Shown: positions 45,165 through 47,336 of the stretch, piece by piece
Layout: every line of letters begins with the position of its first letter
Numbering within the stretch: the stretch's first letter is position 1
NCBI GenBank assembly: GCA_050248595.1
Contig: JBFWSB010000001.1
Span: 1 to 47,336 of the forward strand
Length of the DNA: 47,336 bases
Origin: Candidatus Kapaibacterium sp.
GTDB taxonomy: Bacteria; Bacteroidota; Ignavibacteria; OLB7
Reading direction: 5' to 3'
The notes under the pieces: model-generated
Told to the model about the DNA's origin: nothing
The model's input: the letters and a program-made list of their open reading frames with translations, nothing else
Database searches by the model: none
Made by a program: the position numbers and the translations under genes

Positions 45165-46070
45165 ATGGCCGACATGACGCAACTGGATTCGCTGATCGGG
45201 AGTGAAGAGTACACCACTCTTCCATCGCCTGCGATTACCTCCTCCCCACTGTTCGACCTTTCGGAACGGGTTGCCGTTGTCACTGGGGGGACAGGACTTT
45301 TAGGAATCAACCACTGCCGCGTTCTCGCCGATGCAGGAGCAACAGTGATTGTACTCGACCTCTCGCAATCAATGTGCGACGAAGTTGCATCAGGCATTCG
45401 GATGACGTTGCCGGGTGATTCTGAAGCAACTGTTCGAGGAATGGCTGCCGACGTCACCGACAAAGATTCCCTCCAGTCAATATGCCGCGAAGTTCTCGCC
45501 GAGTTTGGGAGAGTCGACATTCTGGTAAACAATGCGGCAATCAACGACATGTTCGAGAACCCGACGACGGCAGGAGAACTTTCAAAATTTGAGAACTATC
45601 CGGTTGAACTGTTGGGTCGCTCACTCGAAGTAAATCTGATCGGCACATTTCTCTGCGCACAAGTATTCGGAACGGAGATGGCACGGGCTGGCAAGGGGAG
45701 CATTGTCAACGTTGCCAGCACCTACGGCATCGTTGGGCCGAACCAAGCAATCTACGCTGCCCCAGATGGAACGCAGACCTTCTTCAAGTCGGCAGCATAT
45801 CCGATCACGAAGGGGGGCATCATCTCCTTCACAAAATTCCTCGCCGCATACTGGGGAAGTCGAGGCGTCCGAGTAAACACGCTCTCTCCGGGTGGAGTTG
45901 AGAACGGCCAGACCGAGCACTTCATCAGGAACTACGCAGAACGGACGCCGCTGGGACGGATGGCAAATCCAGCAGACTATCAGGGAGCACTTCTCTTCTT
46001 GGCGAGTGACGCCAGTGCCTATATGACCGGAGCAAACCTGGTGGTAGACGGCGGCTGGACATGCTGGTAA
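45165..46070 (+). CDS. SDR-family oxidoreductase
   Basis: VAVVTGGTGLLGINHC (TGxxxGxG), NNAAIN, catalytic S...YxxxK (SAAYPITKGG), and a C-terminal GANLVVDGGW. Confidence 0.9.
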   Translation: MADMTQLDSLIGSEEYTTLPSPAITSSPLFDLSERVAVVTGGTGLLGINHCRVLADAGATVIVLDLSQSMCDEVASGIRMTLPGDSEATVRGMAADVTDKDSLQSICREVLAEFGRVDILVNNAAINDMFENPTTAGELSKFENYPVELLGRSLEVNLIGTFLCAQVFGTEMARAGKGSIVNVASTYGIVGPNQAIYAAPDGTQTFFKSAAYPITKGGIISFTKFLAAYWGSRGVRVNTLSPGGVENGQTEHFIRNYAERTPLGRMANPADYQGALLFLASDASAYMTGANLVVDGGWTCW

Positions 46071-46163
46071 ATCACCTTTGGGTTATAAGATTTTTTTGAG
46101 AGATACGAACGCCGAGACACTTACTACGATCCACTATCTGTTCACTACTAACTACGAACGACT

Positions 46164-47081
46164 ATGTCTTCAAACTTCATCAAACTCGGGAATCGACTTG
46201 TGGGGGCTGGATGCCCTACATACGTTATCGGAGAGATTGGCATCAACCACAACGGCTCGCTTGACGTTGCAAAGAGATTGATCGACGCTGCGGTTTTAGC
46301 CGGGTGCGACGCCGTGAAATTCCAGAAGCGAACACCGGAAGATTGTGTTCCCTACAGCCAGTGGAACATTGAGCGCGACACGCCCTGGGGACGGATGACA
46401 TACATTGAATATCGCCACAGAGTTGAGTTCAGCTACGACGAGTATGAAGAAATTGACAACTACTGCAAGCAGAAGGGGATTGATTGGTTTGCTTCTCCGT
46501 GGGATGAGCGGGCAGTGGATTTCCTCGAAGAGTTCAATCCAGTCTGCTACAAAGCGGCCTCTGCCTCACTGACCGACCACGCTCTCCTGAAGAAAATGCG
46601 CGACACTGGCCGCCCCCTGATGATCTCCACCGGCATGTCGACATCAGAAGAGATTCAGGCGGCAGTGGACATCCTCGGGACAGAGAATCTACTTATCGCA
46701 CACTCCACCTCAACCTACCCTTGCCCGCCACACGAGCTGAACCTTCGGATGATCTCTACACTCAAGAAAGAGTGGCCAACAGTTCCAATCGGATACTCCG
46801 GTCACGAGACAGGGTTGGCGACAACGTGGGCGGCAGTGGCCCTCGGAGCTGACTTCGTTGAGCGGCACATCACACTCGACCGTGCGATGTGGGGGAGCGA
46901 TCAAGCCGCCTCCATCGAGCCGGGAGGATTGATTCGTCTCGTGGCAAACATTCGGGATATCGAGTTGGCTCTCGGCGATGGCATCAAGCGGGTGTACGAG
47001 AGTGAGCAAGGACCTCGCAAAAAACTTCGCCGCGTGCCTGACATTCACCAAACTCCTGAGAAAGTAGTCGTACGGAAATAG
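46164..47081 (+). CDS. NeuB/SpsE-family sugar-acid (N-acylneuraminate-type) synthase, short form without the C-terminal SAF domain
   Basis: PTYVIGEIGINHNGSLDVAKRLIDAAVLAGCDAVKFQKR, PLMISTGMST, IAHSTSTYPCP and IGYSGHETG are the NeuB TIM-barrel blocks. The protein ends at 305 aa with no antifreeze-like/SAF domain. Confidence 0.88.
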   Translation: MSSNFIKLGNRLVGAGCPTYVIGEIGINHNGSLDVAKRLIDAAVLAGCDAVKFQKRTPEDCVPYSQWNIERDTPWGRMTYIEYRHRVEFSYDEYEEIDNYCKQKGIDWFASPWDERAVDFLEEFNPVCYKAASASLTDHALLKKMRDTGRPLMISTGMSTSEEIQAAVDILGTENLLIAHSTSTYPCPPHELNLRMISTLKKEWPTVPIGYSGHETGLATTWAAVALGADFVERHITLDRAMWGSDQAASIEPGGLIRLVANIRDIELALGDGIKRVYESEQGPRKKLRRVPDIHQTPEKVVVRK

Positions 47082-47089
47082 AAAGACGT

Positions 47090-47336
47090 ATGGGATTCTT
47101 TACAGCAGAAACAGTCGCAACGGGAGGAGTGCTGGGGGCAGCACTCCTCTTGATTCTTCTTGAGCGAGCCATACCCTACAATCCCCGCCAGGTTCTCCTC
47201 CGCAAGGGGTTTTGGAATGACTTAGGGATGTACACAATTGTTCAGAGCTTCGTTCTCTCGCAGGTGATCTTCGGTTTCGCCTTCTGGTTAGATGGAGTTA
47301 CCGGACTCTCAACGAAGGGGATTCTCTCCAACTGGC
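47090..47336 (+). CDS. Membrane protein, probably fatty-acid hydroxylase/sterol desaturase superfamily (N-terminal fragment; runs off the right edge)
   Basis: ATG at 47090 gives MGFFTAETVATGGVLGAALLLILLERAIPYNPRQVLLRKGFWNDLGMYTIVQSFVLSQVIFGF... The LLERxxPxxxxQ start is typical of this family. The His boxes would lie beyond the window. Confidence 0.45.
   Translation, partial: MGFFTAETVATGGVLGAALLLILLERAIPYNPRQVLLRKGFWNDLGMYTIVQSFVLSQVIFGFAFWLDGVTGLSTKGILSNW

Overview
This 47.3 kb window looks like a chromosomal segment from an FCB-group bacterium (Bacteroidota, Ignavibacteriota or Rhodothermota-like). The taxon guess rests on a T9SS type-A C-terminal sorting domain, a DUF4402 pilin, mostly Shine-Dalgarno-less starts, and a four-helix-bundle gene remnant. 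All calls come from reading the ORF translations and the DNA by eye; no database search was run. Coding density is high. Left to right on the minus strand (1-26.7 kb): a heavy-metal RND efflux operon (TolC-like, adaptor with N-terminal CxxC metal-binding domain, CusA/CzcA cut by the window edge) preceded by three secreted hypotheticals; hpnC; small housekeeping and membrane genes (ABM, MOSC, TMEM175, serine hydrolase, NmrA, a membrane-domain/methyltransferase fusion, a T9SS cargo protein); a DUF2723-type membrane glycosyltransferase; hemW; and lepA-lepB-lepB. The centre (27.5-39 kb) is the most interesting part. A minus-strand FIST / PAS histidine kinase / receiver / sigma-54 activator operon lies divergent from a plus-strand DUF4402 pilin / PapD-like chaperone / usher-like / outer-membrane operon. 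The pilin gene has a good -24/-12 sigma-54 promoter, two tandem TCCG-N5-CGGA palindromes upstream, and overlapping hairpins right after it. The right end (39.3-47.3 kb) is a sugar-acid cluster (GT-B protein, SpsF-like cytidylyltransferase, split transketolase, class-III aminotransferase, SDR, short NeuB-like synthase) that does not match the canonical Neu/Leg/Pse layouts. A composite intergenic repeat of about 190 bp occurs at six or more sites, once amplified into three tandem units of about 119 bp, and in inverted orientation on both sides of lepA. I recognised no rRNA, tRNA, CRISPR array, transposase or phage genes.
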